A DNA stretch of 63,407 nucleotides, filler included, from Reclinomonas americana ATCC 50394 (taxonomy: Eukaryota): the NCBI GenBank assembly GCA_048213135.1. It is 16 parts of 16 records of this genome, joined end to end, with 100 filler letters (N's around TTAATTAATTAA, not from the genome) between each part and the next. Parts side by side here need not be neighbours in the genome. Positions count along the whole stretch, not along the records: positions 14,181 to 20,085 come from AFZH01020826.1; positions 20,186 to 27,861 come from AFZH01020827.1; positions 27,962 to 30,651 come from AFZH01020828.1; 13 more parts are not named here. The stretch is one strand, 5' to 3'. The position numbers and the translations under genes are program-made. Under the pieces are notes generated by a model, which was given only the letters and a program-made list of their open reading frames with translations, made no database searches and was not told the DNA's origin. Positions 16,231 through 29,819 of this stretch are shown here, piece after piece; the first letter of the stretch is position 1, and every line of letters begins with the position of its first letter.

Positions 16231-19200
16231 ATGGCCTGTGCTGCAAGGAGACGGCCACCACCATCACATCGCGTGACAACGCCGATATCTGCGCCACTGC
16301 CACTGTTGTTGCTGCTGCTCTTGTCTGTGATCGCCTTCAGCTTGCCTCTCGCGGTGCAGTCGGCGTGCTATGGAACCACCGTGTTGCAGGGCATCAAGGA
16401 CAACTTTGCATTACCAACAGGTGAGTGTGTGTGACAGTGGGAAGATGAATGTGATGAGCGAGAGAGATCTCGATTGCGCACTCGTCAATCACTCTCTCTC
16501 TTGCGCGTCTGTGGGCGCTGTGTGCGTTTGCGTGTGAGTGCTCTGTTGAGTGGGAGACAAAGAGGCAGTGCTGGGCGCGTTTTCTGGCAGCATTGGGGTC
16601 GCTTTTCAACGACATTGATTTTTCGCGCCCGATTCCTGTTTATGCGCCTGTGACACCTCCACATCAGAGATATTCTCTCCCCTCCTTCCTTCCAGCTCAT
16701 CGCTCTCTCTCCATGCAGACCCCACATCACCATCAGCGTCACTGGCGGCTGGCATCAAGCCGGCCAAGGACTTTGACTCGAACGGATTCGACACCAACGT
16801 GTTGGCCACGTTCGCCGGCCTGCCCAGCAACATGTCGTCGATTATTGTTCGCCTCCTGGTCACCGGCTACAACGTCGCCTCCAATCCCGACAACGATACC
16901 GTGCAAGTGGGCGTGCACAATTCGGGCACCACGTGGAAGACACCAAACTACAAGCAGGCGATCTCGACACAGGCGCCGGGTTACTCCACCACAACGTACC
17001 CCACAGGAGTGCTCTTTACGGTGGACGTCAGTACCACCACCGGATTGCTGGCGCTGATCAATGCTAATCAGAGAGTTGCGTGGAGGGAGAGGAGAGGGTA
17101 ACTGAGTGAGTCCGCTCCTTGCATCCGTCCCTCACGTGCACGGATACCGCTGCGGCAGGTGGATGTGGTGGTCAACGACGACACCATCGTTGACTACATT
17201 GAGCTCATTTACGCCACTGTTGCGTCGGTGTATCGCCTTTTCCCCGCTCCTCTGCGACTCTCACACTCTCGCACGGATGCAGTGCGACGCCAATGGATCG
17301 GCTCCCACCACGGGTGAGCATCTGCTGAAATCGTTCTGCATGCGCACAGCTCCGGCAATTGACCCCCTCTCCTCCCCTTTCCCCTCCTCCCAGCATGCGG
17401 TGCGCAGGCAGTCCCTACATACTCGTTCTCGAACAACGCTGGCTCTGTGGCTTTGTGCACGGGCACGTGGACAGCGGTCACGGACGCCACCGCCACCGCC
17501 TTGTGCAACGGGTAAGCTCGTTGTGTACGTGCATGTGACACTGAGGTTTCGCATCGTCTCACCTTGGCGCAGCATTCGATACACGCCTTGCTCCTCTGCA
17601 AGCTCCACAGTGTTGCGCGCCGTCCCCTATGCGACAGCGTCGACAACCATTCCGGGGTGCTACGCCGTCCCAGCCGCCCAGGACGCCAATGTGTGTCAGC
17701 CGCTGAACTTTGCCAGTGCGAGCGCCAATGACATTGCAGGCATCGGCAGCGACTGCATGCTCAAGCAGAGCGGGGTGGACTCGTGTGCTGGCGTGGGGTG
17801 GGGACGCATCGACTATGCGACAAACTCGGCAACCGGCGCACCCGGCGCCTACTCTCCGAATGGAATGACGTGTTGCGCCACAGGTGTGTTGCACCGGGAT
17901 CAAGACAGCGCAGAGAGAGCTGTTCCTCGTCATCTCTCTCTCTCTCCCCTTCCCCTCTCACCCTCTTGTTGATGCAGGGAACGTGCCTCCCACATCAATC
18001 AGTCTCTCCGCCAATCGGTACACTGCCCCATCGACGGGTACGTCCACGGTCGTCGGCACTCTGTCTGCCGTCGATCCCACCGTCGGCGACACCATTACTT
18101 TCTCTGTTGTCGCCGGCGGCAACGGTGCCTCGTTTTCGATCAGTGGCGACAGCACGCTTGTCATTAGCACCAACGGAGTGGCTTCAGCAAGTCTAACAGT
18201 GACAGTAAGAGCCACCGACTCGGCAGGCAACTACATCGACCAGACGTTTACGATTACTACCGGTGAGTGCTTCTCTGTGAGGCTTTTTTCCCCTCTGCAC
18301 GCTCACTCACTCCCGCGCACACAATGTGTCATAGATAATGTTGCTCCGACTGACATCACGCTGTCGTCCACCACGTACCTGTTCCCGACGGTCGCGAACC
18401 AGGTGGTGGCCACCATTAGTGCCACTGGAGCGGGCGCCAGTCAGCGTTTCACATACACCATCGTAGGGGGCACCAATGCCGCCGCGTTCAACATCTCAAC
18501 CAACCAGCTTCGTGCGACCAACACTGGCCTCACTGGCAACAACCTCAGCGTTCAGGTTCGCGCCACCGACAGCGCCTTCTCTACTCTATTCGTCGAGAAA
18601 ACATTTTCCCTCAGCGAAGGTCTCGTCAGGCACTGCAATATCCGTTTTCGTTGTTTCCCTCGCTGACTGTGCCTCCTTACACACGCAGTCAACATGGCGC
18701 CCAGCAACATCAGCCTCACGGCGACCACGTACACGCCGCCGTCCACTGCCAACATGGTGGTGGGAACGCTGTCGACATTGGACGTGAACTCGGGCCAATC
18801 ATTCACCTATTCCATCGTTGGCGGCGCGAATTCTGCCCAGTTCAATATTATCGGCAGTCAACTGCGCATCACCGCTGCTGGTACGGTCGGCAATGGACTC
18901 GTGGTGACTGTGCGGACGACGGATAGTGGCGCCGGCCCATTGTTCTTAGATAAGACGTTTACAATCGATGAAGGTCTTGTGGGATGCATGTTTTAGAATA
19001 GCTCTCTCATGTGTCTTACTTACTCACTGGTGTCGGATTGCAACCGCAGCCAACGTGGCACCTAGCAACATCAGCCTCACGGCAACCACGTACACGCCGC
19101 CGTCCACTGCCAACATGGTGGTGGGAACTCTGTCGACCACGGATGCCAACTCGAGCCAGACTTTTACCTACTCCATTGTTGGCGGCGCGAATGCGGCGCT

Positions 19201-22200
19201 GTTCAACATCGCTGGCAGTCAACTGCGCATCACCGCGGCTGGCACAGTCGGCAACGGACTCGTGGTGACTGTGCGGTCGACGGATAGTGGCACCGGGCCA
19301 CTCTCCATTGACAAGACGTTTACAGTCGATGAAGGTCTTGTGGGATGCATACTTTGGAATAGCTCTCTTGTGTGTCTTACTTGCTCACCTGTGTTGGATT
19401 GCAATCGCAGTCAACGTGGCGCCGAGCAATATCAGCCTTACGGCGACCACGTACACGCCGCCGTCCACTGCCAACATGGTGGTGGGAACTCTGTCGACCA
19501 CGGATGCCAACTCGAGCCAGACTTTTACCTACTCCATTGTTGGCGGCGCGAATGCGGCGCTGTTCAACATCGCTGGCAGTCAACTGCGTATCACCGCGGC
19601 TGGCACAGTCGGTAACGGGCTCGTGGTGACTGTGCGGTCGACGGATAGTGGCGCCGGACCGCTATCCATTGACAAGACGTTTACAATCGATGAAGGTCTT
19701 GTGGGATGCATGTTTTAGAATAGCTCTCTTGTGTGTCTTACTTGCTCACCTGTGTTGGATTGTAATCGCAGCCAACGTGGCGCCCAGCAACATCAGCCTC
19801 ACGGCAACCACGTACACGCCGCCGTCCACAGCCAACATGGTGGTGGGAACTCTGTCGACCACGGATGCCAACTCGAGTCAGACATTCACCTACTCCATCG
19901 TTGGCGGCACGAATGCGGCGCTGTTCAACATCGCTGGCAGTCAACTGCGTATCACCACTGCTGGCACTGTCGGTAACGGACTCGTGGTGACTGTGCGGTC
20001 GACGGATAGTGGCATCGGGCCACTCTCCATTGACAAGACGTTTACAATCGATGAAGGTCTTGTGGGATGCATAATTTGGAATAGCNNNNNNNNNNNNNNN
20101 NNNNNNNNNNNNNNNNNNNNNNNNNNNNNTTAATTAATTAANNNNNNNNNNNNNNNNNNNNNNNNNNNNNNNNNNNNNNNNNNNNAGCTGGCAGTCAACT
20201 GCGCATCACCGCGGCTGGCACTGTCGGTAACGGGCTCGTGGTGACTGTGCGGTCGACGGATAGTGGCGCCGGTTCGCTGTCGTTTGACAAAACGTTTACA
20301 ATCGATGAAGGTCTTGTGAAGTGCATGCTATGTATAGTGTTGTGGGTCTCACTTGGGTGCTCTTTGCTGCACAGCCAATGTGCCCCCGACGGCCGTTCAT
20401 TTGTCGAGTGCAACATATGTGCCACTGGGACCGGCGAATCAAGTGGTGGGCACGCTGACGACTGTGGACAACAACTGCTGCCAGTCGTTTGTGTATCAGA
20501 TTGTGGGTGGTCACGATGCGAGCAAGTTCGGCATCAGTGGATCGAGTCTGCTGGTCACGGCGAGTGGCGTGCAGGGACACAACTTGGAGGTGATTGTGCG
20601 CACCAATGACGGCAGCGGTGGCACGTTCGATCAGACGTTGCTGATTGATGAAGGTGAGGCAGTCGATTGTGATCTCGATATTGACCCTCTTGTTGGGGTG
20701 AGCGGAAATGGCTGAACAGTTCTTCCCGTTGTTCCTCGCTCTTTCTTCTTTTGCGTATGTGTGCAGCCTCTGTGGCGCCCACTGGTGTTACTCTGTCGTC
20801 GCACACGTATGTGCCGCCGACTGTCACCGCCAACACTGTAGTCGGCGTCCTGAGCGCAGTCGACGCCAACACTGGCGAGCAGTACACGTTCGCCATAGTT
20901 GGTGGCACCGACCAGGCGCTCTTTACCATTCTCAACGGTCAGCAATTGGCCTTGGTCAATGCTGGACAAAAGGGAATCAACCTGCAAGTCAGCGTGCGTG
21001 TGACGGACTCGACCATGCTGTCGTTCACACAGCCACTCGTTGTAACGGAGGGTGCGTGCTGGTGGTGTTCCTCGCGATTGTTCTTCTGACAGATACTGAG
21101 CGTCGTCTCTTGCAGCTCGTGTGGCTCCCACGGCTGTCCTGCTGTCGTCCTTGGAGATTCCCGTTCCGGTGGCCGCAGGAGACCTGATCGGCGAGTTGAC
21201 GCTGGTCGATGCCAATTGCTGTGACACGCCTTCGTTCTCCATTACTGGAGGCGCCGACAGTGCGCTCTTCACCATCGCCAATGGCAATCAGCTGCGCTCG
21301 GCAATCGACGGGCTGCACGGTCCAACTCGGTCGATCATAATCAGCGGTAGCGACAATGACGGCGGACTAGTGGCGACTGAGTTCGAGTTGTATGAGAGTT
21401 GCGTCCGTGCGCGTGCGATGATCCGCGCCATTGCGGGTGTCGCATATGTTGACTCTTTGCTGGCACGTGTGCACAGTCACTCCAATTCCCACTCATCCCG
21501 GAGTGCCGAGTGCTGTCGGTACGAGAAGCGAAACCTCGGTGACGGTAGCCTTCGCACTCTCGATGGTGCATTTCTGCTGTCCGGTAACGTCGTACACGGT
21601 GGAACTGTATTCGCCGGTATCGTTGGCCGCTGGTGCTGTCGCCGACGTGTCTTTCAACGTCGCATCTTCACCGGCGGTAGTGCCTGGTCTCGACCAGTAC
21701 ACCGAGTATGAGGCTCGTGTGATTGCACACAACAAGATTGGTTCAAGTCCTTGGTCGCCAACAGCGCATCTGGTCGACAGTCATTGTTGCGTGCTGAGCA
21801 TATCTCCTGCTTGATCCATCCTACATTTTTTGTTCATCCTTTCTTGACGCAGTGCACTTGCCGGCTGCTCCGTTGCCACCAACGGTGTCGATTAACGAGA
21901 CAACGGCCACTGTGCGCATGGCCTCACTTCCACCGCTGTCCCCACATGCCGTGGTGGAAAATGTGGCCGTCGACGTGGTGCCCGTGGACGCGCCGAGCAG
22001 CAGATGGACCGTCATGGCGACTGGCACTGAAGCAGTGGTGCATGACCTTGTGCCGGTAACGCGATATCAGTTCGCCATCCGCGGCGGCAATAGTCACGGC
22101 GTCGGCCCATTCTCGCCGCTCACAGAGGCCATCACCAGCGGAAGTGCGTGTTTATTTCCGATCAGTCCTCTGTAATTCATGCCTGTCGCTCACCGATCTC

Positions 22201-25200
22201 TCCATGTACAGCCAGTAAGCCGTGGCAACCACCGGCACCAGTTACTGCTGAGGTGAAATTCAGCTCGGCCACGCTGACTGTCAGACCCCCGACACAAACC
22301 GGCGGCCTGCCCATTCTTCGTATGCGTGCACAAGCTTTCCTTGTCGGGGCCAAGACCGCCATGCCAGAGTGCCCAACATCTGTCACTGGCAGTCCAAAAG
22401 TCGATGTGCAGCAGGCGTATCTGGGGACTGTCAACCAAGTCGCGCAGAACATGACTATCTCTATCCTGGAGCCGGAGTCGGTATGTGTGTGTTGTGTTCT
22501 CGCTTCTAATGTTCCTTGTGACTAACTCCTGAGTCGGCACAGATGTACTTTGTGCAAGTACTGGTGACAAACAGCAAGGGCGCGAGTCCATGGAGCACAG
22601 GCATGTGCTTGATGACCACAGTTTCGCAACTGACTGTCGACACTGTGGAAGGCACCGGCAACGGCATGACCGTCGCCGTACGAGTTCCGTGGAGCAGAAA
22701 TGAGTTGCCTCTTTGGTTCTGTGTTGAGAGGCGCTGACTGCACTTGCACGGCCAGGCATTCACTGACGAGAGGTGGAACTTGGGAACATCTCTTACCGCA
22801 AAGGCCAGTGCGAGAGGCATTGACACATCCGAACTGTCATCGCTTACGTATTCTTGGGTGGCGATCTACAAGGAGTTTCGAATACCCTGAGTATCTTTTA
22901 TTCTTCATTCACTATTGCTCATCGCGGTTCTGATGCAGGACTGGGGACGCACGAGTCAAGTACTTTGTGCTGCCAGACTCGGTGGTCACCACTCAGAGTG
23001 AGCTGGTCGTGCCGGCAACCGCACTGGCTGCTGGCACATTATTTGCGGTGGAGGTGCGGGTGTCGCACCCCACTCGAGGCACAGGTGGGGGTGGATGAAG
23101 TCGCTTAGGGCTGTCGGTGTGTGCCTTTCCTCACGCGCACTACTCCGTGCAGTGGCCGGCCGACGGAGCACCATTGTGAATGGCGCACCGACGGTGGAGA
23201 AGTTCACTGTCGAGCCGTCATCCGGAGTCGCTTTCAACACCACATTTGTGCTGACGGCCACCAACTGCATCGACACGGATGGCGCTGTGTCGGTCTCATT
23301 CTACTACCTTGATCCGCTCACCTCCAACACAATTCCATTGACGAGCGCGGATGGGCCGACGTCGTCCACCAGCACCAAGTTGCCCGTCGGTACCATTACA
23401 GTGGGCGTGACTGTGGCCGACAAGTACAGTCATCGGTACGTGCAGGAGGATGACAGCTGGTGTGACGAGAGGAGTTGCTCACCAAGCTGCTGTGATGCAT
23501 GTGCAGAGTCACGCAAAGTACCACGGTGAGCGTGGTGGCGCCCACATCTAGCCTTGTGCACGCTGCCGCCGGAGCTGCTCTGGACGCGTTGCGTGATGCT
23601 GCATCGCTCACCGACGTTGCGTTGGGCGTCTCTCCCTTTCACGTGACCTGCACAGTGCTCACTATTGCTGTGCGGCTGCAGAGCTCAGCACGTGCCGCCA
23701 AGCAAGTGGGCTCGGTTCTGACTCTTGTGTCGGTGGCATCCACCAGTGGCGGAGCAGTCATGGACACGACGCAGCGTTGCGTTTGTGCTTTCGCGTTACA
23801 TGAGACGCGTTGTAGCTGCGTGCACACTCACTGCTGCCACACAGTGGTTTCGAACATCGGCACCTTCTCGAGTGCACTGGTCAATGCTGGTGATGCGGTG
23901 TCGTCGGGCCTTCTGTCGCCGGATGCTGTCTTCTCGGTGTGCGGTACACTGGCATCGGTGCTCTCCACTGGCTCGTCGTCCATCGACACGGCCACTCTCA
24001 GTTCGGCCCGCGAGAATCTCGCCACTGCCGTGCTATCGGCAGCTGCCACTGGCAAGGCCGGAGTCAGTGATCTCAAATCGCTGCTGTCGGTGGCGTCCAC
24101 ACTGATGGTGGGCATCACCTCAAGCACAAACTCGACATCGACGAGTGGCACGAGCACGCGAAGTGTGTCGTTCGACACGCGCGCTATGCAGGCGAGCGAT
24201 GACACGATTCGACAGCGCATGGTCTCGGCGCTGCAGGCCGTCGCAGCACCGGCACTTGCTGTTGCGTTATGTGTATGTGCATATTGTTGCCAGTAGTTGT
24301 ACTGGTCTCATTCGTGTTCGCAGTCATCATCGACTGGCTTGATTGAGATGAGCACTTCCTCGTTTGAATATCGAGCGCACGACATGTCGTCCACGTCGAC
24401 CGCCACCAACATTGCCTCGTGTGGTTTGTGACGTGATTTGTGTGGCGCGTATGGAGTTGGATGCGCTGCTAACTGGATTCATGTTGCAGCGTCTGGATGC
24501 GCCGCGCAAAACACCACTGCCAACAATAGCACGGTGGTGATGCTGCCGTCGTCTCTTGTACAGTCAATTACAGGAGCGAGCAGCGAAGTCAGCGCATTTG
24601 TGCAGGTGCGCATTGTGGTGAACGCATGCGGGAGATGTTGTAGCCTGCTCACTGTGCCGTCGCTAGATTGATTACAACGGATGCCCGAGTGCCACTGGCA
24701 CCAACTACACGGCGCTATCTGTCAGCACCGGTCGTTCCTGTCGGTCGTACTCGGTGCAGGTACGCTTTCTCGCCTTCTCTCTTCCGTAGCCGAGAATGAC
24801 CGCAGGGATGTCTCCACGTGCAGCGTGGCACCTCGGAGGTCAGCGTCAGTCAGCTGCAGGAGCCAGTGGTGATGGATGTCAACGAGTGGCAGACGGTGGT
24901 GGCCAACTACAGTGCGGTGCTGAGCAAGGCAGCCGCATGTGCGTTCATGAACTGCAGCAGCGTTGGTGAGTGTGATGGCAGCGTGCATTCAAGTTGTCCC
25001 CGGCTTGCACCTCCTGACAATTGCTTGTATGGTGGCAGACGAAACGCTACTGGCAGCTTCGTTCAACCAAACCACGTCCGCGCCGTCTGTCGTGCAAGTG
25101 AACTCGACGCAGCTGCCACTGTGCGTGTACTGGGATACCGCCGCCAAGGCGTATTCGACATCTGGCGTGCAAACTCTGCTGTTTGTCAATGCGATGAAAC

Positions 25201-28200
25201 CGGGCGTGTTGCCGACGGTTTGTGACTCGTGTGGTGGTGTTGTCGATGGTTCTTGCTTGATGGCGACTGACATACTGTGTGACACCAACGCTGCAGGTCA
25301 CCCGTGTGCGCTGCGCGTCCTCGCATCTCACGCAGTTCACTGTGGACATGGCGAGCTTGCTGAAGCCTCAGTTCAACTTTGCCAATCCGGCCGATGCCGC
25401 ACTGCTTCTGAAGCAGAGCATGTTTACGAGCCCCACATTCTTCCTGCTGTGCGGCATCCACGTGGCCTACATTGTGTTGTTTGTGCTGGTGTGGAAGTGG
25501 GATGCCATCCGCGACAAGAAGGTGGAGTTTGTCAATCAGTGTGACCTCTTTCACTCCCTCCATTGTCATGTCACTGTGGCTCAACCGCTTTGATCGTGGC
25601 ACACAGGACGAAGAGTTGGCTGCTCGGAGAGCGGAAACCGACAAGCTGATGACACGCATCCGCGCAGAGTTGGGAAGTGTGGAGGCGCAGGCGCAGCTTG
25701 CTCGAACCAAGTCGATTCTTTCGAAGACGATGCAAGCCGTGGAACGGTCGGCGACCATGACATGGGGGGCGGTGAGTTTACTCGCTTTTGGTGCGCGACT
25801 GGAGGCGGCGCGTCTCACATGCTTTCTTCTTGTTCTGGTGGCGCAGCTGGTCGGTGAAAAACGCCAGAGCAAAGTTGAGTGCGCGTTGCGACTTTGGCTC
25901 GTGGCGGCGATGGCTGATACTGAAGATGATGATATATGCAGGGCGGCGAGGACGGAGAGCTGGACCGTGCCGACCGCAAAGGGCATTCCTTTACGCACTG
26001 GTCAGACGACTCGCAGGAGGGCGCGTCGTACTTGGCCGACATTCCCACTGTCGATGAGGAAGAGGACTACGGCTTTGACGACGACAGTGGCATCGCATAC
26101 GGCTCGCGACGCCGTTCACTGAGTCTCCCGGATCTGGTGCGCTTCTTGTTAACATTCCAACCGAGCTTCTTCTACATGACCTGCTAATATGAACTTGTGC
26201 ACAGCAACTGAGCGCCGTGATGCTTCGTCCGAGTGATGCAAAGGTTTGAGAAATTCGCAAAGTGAAGAATTCATTGCATGGGTTTAACTGAAATACCCTC
26301 TCGCTGTTCAGGTGTCGCACAGGCACTCTCGGCAAGAAGATCGCATGGTGCACGGTGGCCGTCCTGGTCGAGTGTCCGCGTCGGCACAAGTGGATTCTGT
26401 GACGCCTGAAGTTCTTACGACTCGTTGCTGATATAGTTGTGATGTAGATTACTTACTTGGCCGATGCAGGGACTCACGTTGGAGCTTGGATCGGTCGTGG
26501 AAGATGGCCCGCAAAAGGTTCGTAGCTGCCTACGATGACTTCCATTGTGCGCTCCTTGTACTTATCGCGGCGAATCATCAGAGACACGGTCGCGACAAGT
26601 CGCACAGCAAGAAAAAGAAGAGAAGAACAACGGTTGCAGTAGAAGCACCTGCAGAGGCTGCCAAGCCAGTGGACTTGTCGAGCCCGGTGCTGTCGTTCCG
26701 CGACGGAGATGAAACACTTGAGGCCCGCGACAAAACGGCATTGCACACGGTAATGCACTCTCGCGCCACCGCTTCAATCCGTTGCGATATGCTTCTCACG
26801 CACATTATATACAATTGCAGTGGATTCCTGGTGTTGTCAGGGTTGATGATCTGACTACGGTGGCGCATGACGGGTCCGACGTTACTACAGACGATGACCA
26901 GGCAGGTCAGTGGATGGAAGTTGCCGCACAAAAGGACGATTCCACTCCGCGAAAACGTCGCAAGGGAAAGCGCCGCAGCAAAGCGGAAAAGTCGTTGTGG
27001 GATGATATTCCCGACTCACCGCGTGGCCAGTCCGACAGCGAGGTCGTGGGTTCTGTTCGCGACACTCGCCAACATGATGTTGCGTCCTTGCGCTGCGTGC
27101 GTTGCGAGTCGGTCAGCGGTGCTTCGTTCTTACATTGTGGTCGGTGGCGTGCAGGCGTCGCGTCGCCGGCGTCAAGCGCGCAGGGCCCGAATCATGCGCC
27201 AGCTGGCCGCCACTCGTGCGAAGAATGCACCGGCTCACGACCCAACGGCACTGCACGACATGATGGTTGGCGGCGCAGAAAGTGGTCCGGGCATTGCTGA
27301 AGCGGCGGTCCGCAAGCGAGTTGCGCCGTTGATCGTGAGTGCGCCCAATAATATCAATGTGACTCTCACCATTTCGCGTGCAACAGAACAAGGTGGCGTT
27401 GCATCGCTTCCAGGAGATTGTTCGCAAGGCATGTGTGCACGCAGTGGGAGTTGGTGATATGACGTGATGAGGTGATGAGCTCATTATGTTCTATATCCTT
27501 GCTGTGCACCAGGTTATTGTGTTGAACAAGTCGCGTGGCCCTCTGCGGCGCATGTGGGATCGGACCAAGGAGTTGAGCACGCAGCACACGTGGGTGGCTG
27601 CGATGCGCGACCAGCGCACAGACACCATGCGTCGCACACAGAAGCTAACGGTTGCGTATGGGTCAGCACTGAACCGCTATTCTTGAACTGCTTATCTCAC
27701 AGCATGTCGTTCGCGGCAGGTGCTGTGGCTCGGCCTGCTGATGTGCTGCTGGGTGAACACGCTGATGATCTCGGGAGTCGCGATTGACAACTTTGGTCTG
27801 GCTCTCTTCCGTGCTCTCTGGCGTGCGCTGACTGGTGAGTCTGTGATCAACCCCTCGCAGANNNNNNNNNNNNNNNNNNNNNNNNNNNNNNNNNNNNNNN
27901 NNNNNTTAATTAATTAANNNNNNNNNNNNNNNNNNNNNNNNNNNNNNNNNNNNNNNNNNNNCTCACAGAGAGCGTGTCACGCACAGAGAGCCTCATTCGC
28001 GTGATGGAGCAATTCTGGCCGGTGCGCATGGACAAGGCCGAGTTGCAGCGCATCAAGGACTCGAGCGACTTTGTGTTTGTGGATCCGCCCGGAGCGAAGA
28101 ACAAGGACGGGTCGACGACCACACTGGATGTTGCGTGCGCTTCTCAGTTTGCGCATAATTCTCAACAAAGGAAGTGATACGACGCAAAACACACAGGATC

Positions 28201-29745
28201 TCTTTGCGGAACCCGAGTCGCTACCGAGTTGCATCTTCCTCCGGCCGGGCGTGTATCCGCCCATCACCATTCCGGCGAATTGTCGCACTCGTAGTGGTGC
28301 GCTCATTTTGATGGCGCACGAGCCGCAGATGGCAGTGGTGCAGGTGGAGAACTCGGAGGCATTGCCGCGGCAAGATCGTGTTGCGATTCGTGTCGGTATC
28401 GCTCCGTTGCCTATGCTGGCGTCGTCGATATCAGTAGTGGACGTGTCGGCAAGTGGATCCAACAAGTATCGTGTGCACCCGGAGTCCGCAGTTACATCGC
28501 GCCCGAGTTCACGGTCGACGACTACTTCTGCGACTCTCTTGCGTATGCGCTTGAGTGAGCAACAAACGGATTCGGACGGATCCCACCGGCATTCCACGTT
28601 GGATGCCAGTGACTTGTCGTTGAACTTGACAGGACCTGCAAGTGCGTTGCACGACCTGGAGACGCAAGAGTCAATCATCGCCTGGGCAGAGGGCAGCACT
28701 GTGCCGTCAATGTCCGAGTTCGACATTGGCGGCCCGCTCTCACCGTTCCGTGAAATCCGACAAGCCGCGGCTTGCCACGGTGACGGGCATGCCGACTTTG
28801 ATCTGGAACCGGAAACTCATCTATCGACTCCGCGCTCCTACTCGGAACGACACGACGGACGACATGCCGACAGCACGCAACATCTCCTGTTCCGACCCGT
28901 CTCCGAAGTGCATGTGGAGAACTTGGTCATCTCGCACGACACGCTGCTTGGTTACGGACTCGGCGCGGAACTGTGCCCCACCAGCGAGCTGGCGGACCAA
29001 TTGCAGCAGGCGGCAGGCAACAAGGACAGCGACGCGATTGGTGGACCCGATGTGCGTGCCAGTGCTCCGCATTACTTTCTTCCTTCTTTGACTGATTGCA
29101 TGCTGGTGCGCACACAGAGTCGACTGCGCGCCACACCCGGTCGCGTGTTCTTCAACAAGAACGTGTTCACGAATTGTGTCAAGTCCATCCGCAACCCGAA
29201 CCCGTTGCGTGGCGTGACGAGCCTCGAGACCAGCGGCAATGTCGTCAAGCGACAAGTGCGACTGAAGGAGCCGGTGCCTCCGCAGTTCAAGGTATGGTGG
29301 ACGCTGTCCGGGTTGGTTGCATTGCTGATTTTGACCCTGAACCACGTGCATGACGCAGTCGTGGTGGGAGCACATGTTGTTCATGGTGCGACGACGCCAG
29401 TTGCCGTACAACTTGGTGTACGCCAACTACGTGGTGTGCACGTGTCTGGCGGCATTGGTGACTTTCTTCACGCTGCTGACTGTGGCGGCGTACAAGGAGA
29501 CACACCAGGATCGCGATGTGGTGAGTGGCGGAAGTGGGTGAAGCGAATGAATGTGGTGCTGGGTCATCTCTGACACTCGCGCTGCCACACAGTTCCTGGG
29601 TGCATTGCTCGGCGATCTCGGCCACGCAGCAGTGATCGAACCACTGAGACTGGTGGTGTGGGAGATGGCACTGTGGGCGTTGGTGCGCTGGCTTGGAGTC
29701 TACAAGGATACGTATCAGCAGCAGCCGGGTGACACGGACGTGTGA
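16231..29745 (+). CDS. Polycystin-1-like adhesion receptor: signal peptide, at least 10 cadherin-like repeats, 3 FN3, REJ, GAIN/GPS, about 5 TM
   Basis: Signal sequence LLLLLLSVIAFSLPLAVQS. Repeats of the form N.AP..I.LS...VG.LS..D....FTYSI.GG....F.I.G. FN3 motifs GLDQYTEYEARVIAHN and LVPVTRYQFAIRGGN. REJ motif NGAPTVEKFTVEPSSGVAFNTTF. GPS motif CVYWD...CASSHLTQF at about 25120-25338. PKD1-like TM2 context HTWVAAMR...RTQKLT|VLWLGLLMCCWVN. Late TMs LPYNLVY... and IEPLRLVV. Spans two gaps. Confidence 0.82.
18689..20330 (+). repeat. Tandem 361-bp exon+intron unit encoding near-identical cadherin-like domains (at least 5 copies; array runs into a gap)
   Basis: Units start at about 18689, 19049, 19410 and 19771, with a partial unit at 20186. 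The introns (GTCTTGTGGGATGCAT...CGCAG) are also near-identical. Confidence 0.93.
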
Positions 29746-29819
29746 GAATGCAAACAGTGAATGCCGAGAGACCATTGTGAATGTACTTGCACAGGGATTC
29801 CCTCTTCTGCCTTGCTAGA

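Noticed and set aside
27493..27500. ATATCCTT on the plus strand
   Set aside because: It lies inside the 3' end of the GC-AG intron, with no U12 branch site downstream.
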